DNA of 56,023 bases, taken from contig NW_021837023.1 in the NCBI RefSeq assembly GCF_006345805.1, positions 1 to 56,023 on the forward strand, given 5' to 3'. Source of the DNA: Octopus sinensis (lineage: Eukaryota). This document shows, piece after piece, positions 11,913-25,569 of this stretch. Below the pieces are notes generated by a model. It did no database searches, had not been told where the DNA came from, and worked only from the letters and a program-made list of their open reading frames with translations. The stretch's first letter is position 1, and the number at the start of each line of letters is the position of its first letter. Both the position numbers and the translations under genes were made by a program.

Positions 11913-13641
11913 GTGTTTGTGTGTACTTGAGTGCATACATACAAACTCACACACACATCTACGTACATATAAATTAATAGTGCTGTTCAAATTGACATTT
12001 TGAATAAACTGAAGCCCGAAGCCTTTATAACAAATATACAATTTAACTTCCCTGTGGTGAAACATAAGCAATGCAGTTACAACTCAAGGTTATCTCTCTG
12101 CCTCCAGAAGTAATAGGGTTTATCTGACTAGTTTCTAAACTTCTTAGAACTTCATCAGGGAGAGAATACCACATTTTCTGTCCAAAGAGAGAATGAAAAG
12201 TTTATAGCTTTTTATAATGTATACAGACAGTGACAGAACTAAATTGGCATGTCTAATTTGCATAACGGTACAGGAGCTTGTAAAGGAATTCAACTAAATG
12301 ACTCAAAATGTCTTAAGGCTGTATCATGCACGGGGACATAAAAATAATCGGACTGAATACCCAAAAACCCTGCCTTTGAGTTCCATATGTATTGGGACAA
12401 TGATGTTGAGTTCATTATGTCCCCAGAATGAATGAATATACTATCTTGTGTACATATATGTATGAACATATCCACATATATTTATATATGTCAGGTCACT
12501 TTTGAGTGCTACTGGTAACATATAACCCAGTACACCTAACCCCACCAAGCTTGCTTGGTGAGGAGGGTGTTTATTGGACACCCTGCGGGATGAAAAACAA
12601 AACCCATCAAAGGGCAGAGGAACTCTTGAGAGTCAACGGCCATCCAATAAATGCCTTAAGGCTGTATCATGCGCGGGGACATAGAAATAATCGGACTGAA
12701 TACCCGATCGCGCGGTTAAACCATTGGGAGTGAAGGACTCCTAGCCTTTGTTAGGGCATCCTTCTAGGTGAAGGTAACTCAGGTAACTGGGATAACTCCG
12801 ACATAAACCCTGTGGCTCAGTGGTTACCGATGATGTTAACTTGTTCTTCTTTTCGGATTATGGCTGCTGTTGCTTAGTGAGTGGGATTGACTCAGTGCAC
12901 AGCCTTTCCTCACTTTAAAAAAAATCTTCTTGCACAGGCATTGCACGATAACAACATTGATTATGCTTCGTGCAATGGCCATACTCAATAACGAGGGCCA
13001 GCCACCATGTATGTATGTATATAAATTAAAGAACCACTTGTTATCAATTCAACAATGAAATAACAATGATATAATTAAATTATACCATATAGAAAAAAAT
13101 TAAATATACAATAAAAACATATACCAATAATTAAGTAAAGTACAAAATGATAAATAAAAAGTATATAAAAGTATATAATTGGTAAAAAGACTACACATAT
13201 ACATATATATATATATATATACATATATACTATGAGCTTCTTTCAGTTTCCGTCTACCAAATCCACTCACATTATTATTTTGTACTTTACTTAATTATTG
13301 GTATATGTTTTTATCGTATATTTAATTTTTTTCTATATGGTATGATTTAATTATATCATTGTTCTTTCAATGCTGAATTGACAAAAGGTGGTTCTTCTCT
13401 AATTTATATACATATATTATATATTGTGAAATTTGATTTAGTATTACTAAATTGAATTTTTCCCTGTAAGTTGGGAATAATATTCCCTAATATATATATA
13501 TATATATAAGTTCAGCAACAACTTAGATTCAAATGAATATGGTACTTAATTTAGATGCACCAGAATTTTGTATGGTGTTATCCATAAAAATTTGCGGGGT
13601 GATTATAATAAAAAATAAGCAACAAGAATGACTCTGGTAAT

Positions 13642-13728
13642 TTGGTACAATTGTTTCGCACTACATCATTTTATTAAATGTTGCAAGTATTACAACAGAT
13701 TTAAGATGCTGAGCACTCATCCAGCCAA
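13642..13728 (-). ncRNA. Hammerhead mirror copy with a 1-nt insertion in the core
   Basis: TTGG-CTG(G)ATGA-GTGCT...AGTGC-GAAA-CAATTG-TA^CCAA. Confidence 0.55.
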
Positions 13729-13848
13729 TTATAGAGGTTTTCCATGAATACAAAAATTTTCAAATCAAGTGGCAACATTATAGAGAAGGTAGATACATAG
13801 ACAAAGATGTGGATTTAAATTTTAAGAACATATGAGAAAGTGGAGATG

Positions 13849-13930
13849 CTGATGAGTACTCAGCATCTTAAATCTGTTGTAATACTTACAACATTTAATA
13901 AAATGATGTAGTATGAAACGATCGTACCAG
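13849..13930 (+). ncRNA. Hammerhead with extended stem II; stem I not paired
   Basis: CTGATGA-GTACT...AGTAT-GAAA-CGATCG-TA^CCAG. Confidence 0.6.
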
Positions 13931-13957
13931 ATTACCAGAGTCATTCTTGTTCTATTT

Positions 13958-14004
<47 letters not shown>

Positions 14005-14216
14005 TATATTTAAGTCGGTGAATGAATTATCCTATGTTTATCGTCAGCATGGAAAATTTGTTTAACCGAAACCTGGGTAGCAAATTCACGTCAGAAAACA
14101 CGGTTGAAGCGACCTGTCAAGGGTAGAAACTCCGGTTTCTTGTGTAGAAATTTGTGTGTTGTATATGAATGAATGAAAGAATGAAGTCGAACGAAGATGT
14201 TAACAAAATTCCTTTA

Positions 14217-14298
14217 CTCTCGACATATGTTTCGAAGACAGCATATTTTTATTCCGAAGGAATAAAAGGTACATTATGCAATCTTCTCATCAGGAAAG
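14217..14298 (-). ncRNA. Type I hammerhead ribozyme, mirror copy
   Basis: Reverse complement of 14454-14535. Confidence 0.88.
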
Positions 14299-14453
14299 AT
14301 AAGGAGCCTCTCTCAACCACAAGACGAACAAAAATTTCGATGATTGCCTACATGGTGATCACAAAAAAATTTTGATAATTGCCTACATGGTGATCACCAT
14401 GTAGACAATCCTCAAAATTTTTGTTCATCTTGTGGTTGAGAGAGGCTCCTTAT

Positions 14454-14535
14454 CTTTCCTGATGAGAAGATTGCATAATGTACCTTTTATTCCTTCGGAA
14501 TAAAAATATGCTGTCTTCGAAACATATGTCGAGAG
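14454..14535 (+). ncRNA. Type I hammerhead ribozyme, intact core; predicted cleavage after 14530 (GUC)
   Basis: CTTTC-CTGATGA-GAAGA...TCTTC-GAAA-CATATG-TC^GAGAG; stems I and II pair, stem III is palindromic. Confidence 0.88.
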
Positions 14536-14582
14536 TAAAGGAATTTTGTTAACATCTTCGTTCGACTCCATTCTTTCATTCA

Positions 14583-14623
<41 letters not shown>

Positions 14624-14929
14624 CATATGCATATATATATGTTGTTCATTGACCCAAACCCAAATAAGCAGCAGTGGCAATATCAGGAAGTACCTTATAT
14701 CATAGTGTATAAACATACAAGGAGACAAACAGATAGGCAGGACTTTATTAGTTCCAATTTTAAGTGAAACCAGAAATTGTATCAAGATAAAAGAGTTTAA
14801 AAAAAAACATTTATTCCTTCAATGTATATTTTTTTACATTTAAAAAAAATTTTTGCTGTTTTCTTTTTTTTTTTTTTTTGTTATTCACTTTTTACAACAA
14901 GATTAAATATAAGTTAAGAGTTTTATAGA

Positions 14930-14942
14930 TATATATATATAT

Positions 14943-14983
<41 letters not shown>

Positions 14984-14984
14984 T

Positions 14985-15022
<38 letters not shown>

Positions 15023-15039
15023 TATATGATATAGATATG

Positions 15040-15111
<72 letters not shown>

Positions 15112-15262
15112 ATATATATAGTATATAATATATATATATTGTATACTATATGTATATATATATATATATATATATGTATATTATGTATATATATGTATAT
15201 ATATTATATATATATATATAGTATATATATATATATAATTGTATATATGTATGTTATGTATT
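14930..15262. repeat. (TA)n-rich microsatellite
   Basis: Read directly. Confidence 0.97.
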
Positions 15263-15589
15263 AAAATATATATTAAATTAGAGATTAAACCACTGTTGGG
15301 CAAATCAAACAGTGAAAAACATAAACCAAAACATAGAAGTAAATTTAATTAATAAATCTAATTTGGCTAATAGTGGTTTTATCTCTAATTTAATATATAT
15401 TTATACTGTAAAATTAGATTTAATCCGACCGAAGCTTTGTCATTGAATTCGGTGGGGAAGTTACTGCCGTGTGTGTATACGTGCGTGTAGGTGCTCAGTG
15501 CCTCTCCGAAAGAGAGAGAGAGGGATATATATATATACATACATATATACATATATACATACATAAATATATATATATATATATATATA

Positions 15590-15967
15590 CACTACCGTCA
15601 GAAATTAATTAGCACCCTTGATTTGCTCTTCACTCAAGGTATGTGCTGTCACCTAGTGGCCATATCTTGAACTATTGCTTTGTTGCGAGTTCACTGTTGC
15701 GCAGAACGATGACGTAACTTTGTTTGCAGAGCAGTTTGAGAGTCTACAGCCTTATGATGTTGACATAGCAGTGCAACAACAACTTGGAGTGCGGATGCAG
15801 ACAAATTCCTTTGTTTAATAGATATAGGTAGCGCCTCGCAAGGACCGAAATCACACCATACTAAGTTTTCTCATCGCGTAAGAACGTTTTGAACAGCCAT
15901 AGGTTAATTGATTTAACCTAGTTAATGAGAAATTTTGAGAAGTGCTAATTAATTTCTGACGCAAGTG
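15590..15967. mobile_element. Tc1/mariner-like MITE
   Basis: TIR CACT..CGTCAGAAATTAATTAGCAC at both ends, within TA-rich repeat. Confidence 0.75.
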
Positions 15968-16001
<34 letters not shown>

Positions 16002-16502
16002 GATATATATATATATAGATATAGATATACATGTATATGTATGTGTGTGTATACATATTTTATATATATACACACACACACTTCATTTGTGTGTTAAGGC
16101 TACCATTGGTTTCATGTTAAGGAATACTTCAACTTGTATCAGGCCACTGACACAGAATATCAGTGTTCATCTCCATTTAATACACAAATAAAGAATCTTT
16201 ATCTTTCAATACGGTGTTGAGCACTCAATCTCATTGTTTGATATTTACACACACACACACACACACACACATACACACACATACATACATACACACACAT
16301 GCTCACATACAATCATACATACATGCACACACATCATCATTATCACTGCTCTGTGCTCTGTGGCACATGGTGCCATCCTTTGACTGATTGCTAGTCCCTT
16401 GCTCAACCCGTCGGTATTTCTGTAGACATTTCACATCGCAGTGTTCTATTTTTTATTTCATTTGATACATATATTGATATATATATATATGTATATATAT
16501 AT

Positions 16503-16533
<31 letters not shown>

Positions 16534-16762
16534 TTTATACAAACATGTGTAAAGACACATGGAGATATATACACTCATACATGTTCACACACACACACAC
16601 ATGTGTTTTATTTTCTACTGGGTTGAGGTACTGCAATAGATGCGCCATCATTAGCTAGATGTTGATGCTGCTATTGTTGATGATGATGATGCTAATAAGG
16701 ATGGTGTTGTTGTTGTTGTTGTTGTTGTTGGTTGCGATAAAGTTTATTTGTTTTCAAAGTGT

Positions 16763-17025
16763 CTAAGGATTACCTAATTGTCTTTGGGAGTTTTCGAAAT
16801 CCCGGATTCGTTTCCCCGTCGTGATATCCGTTTCGAAATCACTTCTGTCCTGGTTGTTCCTGCGGCGAAGTCGCTTGTCCGAAAATGACCAACTGGTTTT
16901 GAAACCGGCGCCGAACTTGTAAGGGGACCGTGCGATCAGATGCATAAGCGTCCCCATGCGGTGGAACAGCATGCAGAGAAACTGCAGCACAAAGATGAAC
17001 CCGAAGACTGCGAGGAAGACAAATC
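16763..17025 (-). CDS. CHS: CHS exon 20, last coding exon (FVFLAVFG...QFLCMLFHR...LGNP*)
   Basis: ttgcag|GA TTT ... TAG at 16765-16763. Confidence 0.93.
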
Positions 17026-20000
17026 CTGCAAAGAGAAAAGGAAACAGGATAACAAATACAACCACATATACATACTCTTTTACTCCTTTACGTGTTTCAG
17101 TCATTTGACTGTGGCCATGCTGGAGCACCGCCTTTAGTCGAGCAAATCGACCCCGGGACTTATTCTTTGTAAGCCCAGTACTTATTCTATCGGTCTCTTT
17201 TACTCGATTCAGTCATTTGACTGTGGCAATGCTGGAGCACCGCCTAGTACTTATTCTATCGGTTTCTTTTATTTGTTTCATTGATTTCACTGCGGCCATG
17301 CTGGAGCACCGCCTTTTAGTCGAGCAAATTGACCCCAGGAGTTTTTCTTTGTAAACCTAGTACTTATTCTATTGGTTTTCTTTTGCCGAACTGCTAAGTT
17401 ACGGGGACGTAAACACACCAACATCGGTTTTCAAGCATTTCAGTCATTTGACTGTGGCCATGCTGGAGCACCGCCTTTTGTCGAGCAAATTGACCCCAGG
17501 ACTTATTCTTTGTAAGCCCAGTACTTATTCTATCGGTCTCTTTTACTTGTTTCAGTCATTTGACTGTGGCCATGCTGGAGCACCGCCTTTAGTCGAGCAA
17601 ATTGACCCCAGGACTTATTCTTTGTAAGCCCAGTACTTATTCATCAGGTCTCTTTTACTACTTGTTTCAGTCATTTGACTGCGGCCATGCTGGAGCACCG
17701 CCTTTAGTCGAGCAAATTGACCCGCAGGACTTATGCTTTGTAAGCCCAGTCTTATTCTACCGGTTCTCTTTACTTGTTTCAGTCATTTGACTGCGCCATG
17801 CTGGAGCACCGCCTTTAGTCGAGCAAATCGACCCCAGGACTTATTCTTTGTAAGCCCAGTACTTTTCTATCGGTTCTTTACTTGTTCACATTTGACTGCG
17901 GCCATGCTGGGCACCGCTTTTATCGAGCAATTGACACCAGGACTTATTCTTTGTAAGCCCAGTACTTATTCTATCGGTCTCTTTTGCCGACTGCTAATTA
18001 CAGAGACGTAAACCACCCAACATCGGTTGGTCAACGATTTGGGGAGGTTGCGGCAGACCCAGACACACAAATATACACTCACACATAATATACATATACT
18101 ATATACAACAGGCTTCTTTCAGTTTCCATCTATAAATCTACTCACAAGGTTTGGTCTGCTCGAGATATGTAGAAGACATATTTTATATGTATATATATAT
18201 ATATGTGTATATATATATGTATATGTCATCAGACAAAAGTCTGGCGGGAGGGATGTTATCATAGAATATGCACGCAGCAAGTTTAGATGGGCTGGACACG
18301 CCGCCTGGCTCATCGATAATTGGTCGATTTGCGCAGTTATCGAGTGGTACCCGCGTGAGCAGAAATGACCACTTGGAAGGCCTGGAAGGCCTCCACGACG
18401 GTGGAGTTACGGTTTTAGGAGGACGATTGGGACCACATGGATGAGGAAGGCACAATCCAGAGAGGAGTGGACAGTGTGTTGTGACCAGTGGTGTCAAATG
18501 GACGCCCGACAGTCAAGGTGATATGTATATATATGTATATGTGTGCGCATGTATACATCCACACACACTGTGCGTGCGTGTGTGCCGCTGCATGTGTGCA
18601 TGAGATTGGTATAAATCAAGACGCGAGCTGCAGAAACGTTAGCAGCCGGGCGAATGCTGTGGTATTTCGTCTGCCGTTACGTTGTGTGTTCTAATTCCGG
18701 AGGACTACTTTGCCTTTCATCCTTTTGGGGGTCATAAATTATACCAGTTGGGGTCGATTTAATCGACTTAATACCTATGTCTGGTCCTTGTTGCCCCCTC
18801 TGTGTTTAACCCCTTGGGGTAATAAAAAAATAGGTATAATCAAAGGTAAGGTTAACCCAGTGGATTTGAACTGTAAACAGCAAGATTGGCCTGTGTTGCC
18901 ATTGTAGCCAGAAGGACAAGCCAGATGGTGTTGCTGACCGCAATCACTAGTGTCCAGTTGTTCCTCAGTTCTCCTAGTTTACCTGAAATGACAGTGAAAT
19001 AGAAGAATATTTACCTGGAAGTAGAAATGACTGACAACATTATGCAGGATTACTCTTATGTTGTGCCTTTGATAAAAATCGTAATCTATCAACATCAATG
19101 GAATTTGTAGCTGTGATACCAGTGCCGGTGGCACGTAAGAGAACCATCCGAATGTGGCCGTAGTAAGCGCATCCCTGACTGGCTTCCGTGCCGGTGGCAC
19201 GTAAAAAGCACTATCCGATCGTGGCTGTTTGCCAGCCTCGTCGGCACCTGTGTTCAGACTTGCTCACTTTCCATCAACATGGTAATGCTCACAAACACAT
19301 CTTTATGAAAAGCATGATGCACATGCATCAGAGGCCCAACCATGACACTCCATGCAATGAACAATTTTCATCATAGCAATGTTATAATTTGTTGACTCGC
19401 AAGATCTGTAGATCTTGATGAGGACATCCTACAGACCCTCGTGGATAAAAACCCCATTGTAACTATTGAGGAACTAGCAGAGATGCTTGGATTTGCCTTC
19501 ATCAGTGGAATATACTCAGAAAACATAAATACAATATATTATATTTATATAAATTTATATATTATATATATAATTATATTCTATAAATTTTATATATATA
19601 TATCTAATATATATATATATAAATTTTAATCATGTCAAAGGAAATGGAATTTAATTAAAATTAAAATATTCAATCAAAATTTACATTTCCATGGTCTAAC
19701 GTTGCATAAAAAATTAGTCAAGAAGACTATTGAGTCATAACATATAGTGGATATTTATACACATAAGAGAATCCATTGTAGGGATTCAACATGGCTAGAA
19801 AGAACAGCTAGGTGGTCTGTAAACCACATACAATAAGGATAAAATTTGGAAATGAAAAACATTTACCACCAGATGGTAAATGTTTTTCATTTCCACTTTA
19901 TTCCTGTCGAATTTTATCCGTTATTTTTGTGGTTACAGAACCTAGAAGTTCTTCTGGCAGTTTGAATTCCCTATAAGTGGATTCCTTATGTGTTTTGTAT

Positions 20001-20233
20001 ATAAATTTTTATATATATACATTTATATAAATTTATATAAATTTATATATATATAATCGTGACGCTATTTGGCCATTTGAATTGGCTAACCCCTAAGGGT
20101 GGATGTTACTGTAGTTTGTAGCCCCAGGAAGATATCTCCTCCAGCTGGCTATATACACACTGGCAAATATGCGTCACGATTTGTTACTGCTACTGTTTAT
20201 AACTCGCTCTGAGATTTATCACTGAGATTTATC

Positions 20234-20304
<71 letters not shown>

Positions 20305-22957
20305 TTATGTCAGAGCAGTAGATTCTGCATGGTATACTACAATGTCAGCTATTGTCCACCCCTAACAGACACCCTGTCACACTCGAGCATACTTAACCCT
20401 TTAGCATTTAAACCGGCCATATCCGGCCAAAAGTATTCTACCTGTTTTATGTTCAAATTGGCCAGATCTGGTCTCTCACACCAACCCTACAATATCGTTT
20501 TAAAAATCAACAGCTTCCTCATCAAAATCTCAAAGCTACAAGATAATGCCTGATTAGTTCAAAACAATGTGGATAAAAAAGCATTAATTTTGGTAGAATA
20601 ATGCGAACACTAAAGGGTTAAATACCTTTCAGTTCGTCCTCTCTACTGAAAGCTGATGATGGATCCAGACACTCATGGACAAGTTCCTTCCAAAAGTCAT
20701 CCTCTACTGGATTCTCCTCTTCCAGATTAACCATGCGAGTCATGGAGAGGTCGCGCTTGATTTGCATCTTCGTCCGTTCAGCTGTTTCGTTCATCAATTT
20801 TGATAAACGTTTGAAAATATAACAGGAAAAGAAAAAAAAAATGAATAAATTTTTATTGTTTTATTTTCAATATTTTATTATTTTATTTCAATATAGGCGC
20901 AGGAGTGGCTGTGTGGTAAGTAGCTTGCTTACCAACCACATGGTTCCGGGTTCAGTCCCACTGTGTGCATCTTGGGCAAGTGTCTTCTGCTATAGCCCCG
21001 GGCCAACAATGCATTGTAGTGGATTTGGTAGACGGAAACTGAAAGAAGCCCGTCGTATATATGTATATATATATGTATATATATATGTATGTGTGTCTGT
21101 ATTTGTGTCCCAAGCATTGCTTGACAATTGATGCTGGTGTGTTTACGTCCCCGTTACTTAGTGGTTTGGCAAAAGAGACCGATAGAATAAGTACTGGGCT
21201 TACAAAAGAATAAGTCCCGGGGTCGAGTTGCTCGATTAAAGGCGGTGCTCCAGCATGGCCGCAGTCAAATGACTGAAACAAGTAAAAGAGAGAAAAGAGA
21301 GAATTTACTTAATTTGTTAATGTCTCATATAGTCTCGGGAGGGTCATTGTGCCAACAACAAACACATGCACTGGTTCTATTTCACTTCTTTATTATTAGT
21401 CACTTTCTTTTATTTGTTTATTTGTTTCAGTCATTAGACTGTGGCCATGCTGGGGCACCGCCTTGAAGATCTTTTAATTGAGTGAATTGACCCTAGTACA
21501 TATTTTATTAGTGTCTTTGCCAAATTGCTAAGTTACAGGGACGTAAACACACCAACACCAGTTGTCAAGCGGTGGGGGGGGGAAAGACACTCCACAGAGA
21601 ATGTGGTGTGTGTTGTGTGATTCAATATGCATGTGTGTGGTGTGTGTGTGTGATTCAATATGCATGTGTGTGTGGTGGTGTGTGTTTGTGATTCACATAT
21701 GCATGTGTGTGTGTGGGTGTGTGTGTGTGATTCATGATATGCTGTGTTTATGTGTGTGTGTGTGTGATTCAATATCATGTGTGGGTGTTGTGGTGTGTGT
21801 GTTGATTCAATATGCATGTGTGTGTGTGGTGTGATTCAATATGCATTGTTGTGGTGTGTGTGTTTGTTTGTTCATTCAATATGCAAAAAAATGTGTGTAT
21901 GTGGGTGTGTGTTGTGTGTGTGATTCAATATGCATGTGTGTGTGTGTGTATGTGATTCAATATGCATGTGTGTGTGTGTGTGATTCAATATGCATGTGTG
22001 TGTGTGTGTGTGTGTGATTCAATATGCATGTGTGTATGTGTGTGTGTGTGTGTGTGATTCAATATGCATGTGTGTATGTGTGTGTGTGTGTATTCAATAT
22101 GCATGTGTGTGTGTGTGTGTGTGATTCAATATGCATGTGTGTGTGTGTGTGTGTGTGATTCAATATGCATGTGTGTATGTGATTCAATATGCATGTGTGT
22201 GTGTGTGTGTGTGTGTGTGATTCAATATGCATGTGTGTATGTGTGTGTGTGTGTGTGATTCAATATGCATGTGTGTATGTGTGTGTGTGAGAAAGAGAGA
22301 ACCTATGTACAAATATGTATGTGTGTATGTATGAGAACAAGAACAGAAAAATATTGTCATACCCTCAGTTGGGTCCAGGAGTTTCTTGATGGCCAGCTGT
22401 AACCTCTTTATGTGTCCTGTATAGAGAAATGGTAGTAATAATAGTAGTTGTGGTGGTGGTGGTTGTTGGTGAGTATTATAGTGAGGGCATTGGGTAATGT
22501 TCATCTTTACCGAACACACATATACACAACACACATACACACATACAGGCGGTGAGCTGGCAGAAACGTTAGCCCACCGGGCGAAATGCTTAGTGCTATT
22601 TCGTCTGCCATTACGTTTCTGAGTTCAAATTCCGCCGAGGTTGACTTTGTCTTTCATCCTTTCAGGGTCGATTAAATAAGTACCAGTTACGCACTGGGTC
22701 TGATATAATCGACTTAATCTGTTTGTCTGTCCTTGTTTGTCCCATCTGTGTTTAGCCCCTTGTGGGTAGTAAAGAAATAGGTATTTCGTCTGCCGTTACA
22801 TTTTGAGTTCAAATTCCGCCGTGTTTGACTTTGCCCTTCATCCTTTCGGGGTCGATTAAATAAGTACCAGTTATACACTGGGGTTGATGTAATCGACTTA
22901 ATGTCCTTGTTTGTCCCCTCTGTGTTTAGCCCTTGTGGGTAATAAAGACAGGCAGAC

Positions 22958-23024
<67 letters not shown>

Positions 23025-24693
23025 CAGATAAATAGATAGAGAGAGATAGTCAGATTGATGGATGGATGGATGGATGGATGGATAGATAAATAGATATATA
23101 TATATAGATAGAAAGATAGATAGATAGAAGACAGACAACAGATAAATAGATAGAGAGAGATAGTCAGATTGATGGATATATAGATGAATAGATAGACAGA
23201 TAGATAGCTAGCTAGCTAGATAGATAGATAGATAGACAGTTAGATAGATAATTAGATAGGTAGACAGTTAGATAGGTAGATAGATAGATAAATAGAAGAC
23301 AAACAGTCAAACAAATAGGTGTGAATGCTTAAGAGCAAAATGCAACATTCTGACATAGAACTGAATCCACAATGAAGGGCTCAGTTGCCCAAACACTCAA
23401 CTGCGTCCGTTTCCATTGCTTTGATCAAGTATCAAGCATCATCATGAACAACAACAACAACAACAATTACTACTACAACAACAGCAACAACAACAGCAAC
23501 AAGAACAAGACCACCACACCTTTTTTGATAATCTTCAGTTCTCTTTTGATGTCAAACGTACTCATGGTCTTCAGTACAGCCATGTCTCTGCGGAAAATGA
23601 TGCAGTTCCGTTTGAAGTTCTCCTGGTACATCGATAAACCAATATTCTGTAGCCATATCAGGGCTGATTCCTATGTCGAAGTATAAGAGGAAACACCAAA
23701 AGTAGATGAGGAATAATTAGATAGTTGTTTTTTAATTATAAATCTCTGAACGAGGTATAAACAGTAACTGCACGACAATGTGAGGTATATTTGCCATCTG
23801 AATATGGCTAACCACTAAAGGTGGGTGTTACTGTAGCTTGTAGCCCCAGGAGAACATCGTCTCCAGCTGGCTTTAGGCACACTTTCTGTGCCCTTATGGT
23901 ATTTGCAAAGGGAGGTCATCCTTCCCTCGTCAACCTAAGTGATACGCACAGACTGCAGTTTCTAGGTATTGACCCGGCATCAGCGTACGACAATCATCGG
24001 TTTTCGATGAAGGGAGTCCCAATGCAAATCCTTATATCCTTTTTCCAGTGACTTTTCGTCACTGTGAATTCCATCTTATTTCTCTCATAGATTTTACATT
24101 TAAACAATTGCAGCGTGGAAGGTGTTTGTAAGCCATTTAAGAAACACACAAAAGCCGTTCGATTCACTTCAGCATTTAAGTTTAATTTGTCAAAATATTT
24201 TCGCCGCTTTAAGACCGCGACCTGTTCACTGACAAAAATCCGTGCTGCATCTGAGAAAGTAACAGTTAGTTTGTTATATATATATGTACGTATGTATGTG
24301 TGTATATATGTATGCACGCATGTATGTGTGTGTGTATGTATGTATGTACGTATGCCTGTGTGTATGTATGTATGTATGTACATATGTATGCACGCATGTA
24401 TGCATGCATGCATGTATGTATGTGCGTACATATGCATGTGTGTATGTATGTGTGTGCATGCATATACACACATACATGCATACATGCGTGCATACATATA
24501 TACACACATACATACGTACATATATATAACAAACTAACTGTTACTTTCTCAGATGCAGCACGGATTTTTGTCAGTGAACAGGTCGCAGTCTTAAAGCGGC
24601 GAAAATATTTTGACAAATTAAACTTAAATGCTGAAGTGAATCGAACGGCTTTTGTGTGTTTCTTAAATGGCTTACAACACCTTCCATGCTGCA

Positions 24694-24739
<46 letters not shown>

Positions 24740-25533
24740 TTATTCAGCATGGATTTTTGTCAGTGAACAGGTCGCGGTCTGAAAGCGCCGAAAATATTTT
24801 GACAAATTAAACTTAAATGTTGAAGTGAATCGAACGGCTTTTGTGTGTTTCTTAAATGGCTTACAAACACCTTCTAAGCTGCAATTGTTTTCGTTCCAGC
24901 ACACGATCTCAGATCAAGTCACTTGCTATGCAAGTACACCTCCGTAATTTTACATTTACTTTTAACTATAATGGTTTGTGAAAGGTTGTACATACCGGTA
25001 CTTCAGTGTCTGGTTCAAAATCTGGTAACAGCTTTATCATGTCCATCAAATACTGCCGGTGACCCTTCGACTTGATCCCAATGTCCACCAGTTCCTTTTC
25101 ATGCATGCCACTTATCAATCGTGTGTCATCATAGCCATTCCGCATGAAATACTTGGAATAGAGATCCTAGCAAAACACATACAAACATATATATATATAT
25201 TTGTAAATACACACACACACGCACACACATATATGTATGTATATATATAGAGAGATATATATACACATACATATACATATATATATATACACACATACAT
25301 ACATACATACATACATACACATACACATACATACATAAATACATACATACATACATACATATACATACATACATACACACATACATACATACAAACACAT
25401 ACATACATACATACACACATGCATACACACACACATACATATATACATACATACAAACACACATACATACATACATACATACATACATACATACACACAC
25501 ACATATATACATACACACACATACACACATACA

Positions 25534-25569
<36 letters not shown>

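Noticed and set aside
12121-12160. Minus-strand CTGATGA...GAAA-CTAG-TC hammerhead-like motif
   Set aside because: Stems I and II do not pair; at best a decayed remnant.
19760-20000. Imperfect palindrome centred near 19870 (also 30820-31000)
   Set aside because: Real inverted repeats, but old and degenerate with no intact ribozyme core; they add nothing beyond the fold-back class already reported.
20065-20160. ~90-bp repeat (also ~23790-23880 and reversed ~28600-28680) considered as an HDV-like or twister ribozyme at a LINE 5' end
   Set aside because: Some pairings exist (GGCTA.C/GTAGCC), but I could not fit the P1.1/J4-2 or twister L4/T1 requirements by eye; needs an Infernal search.
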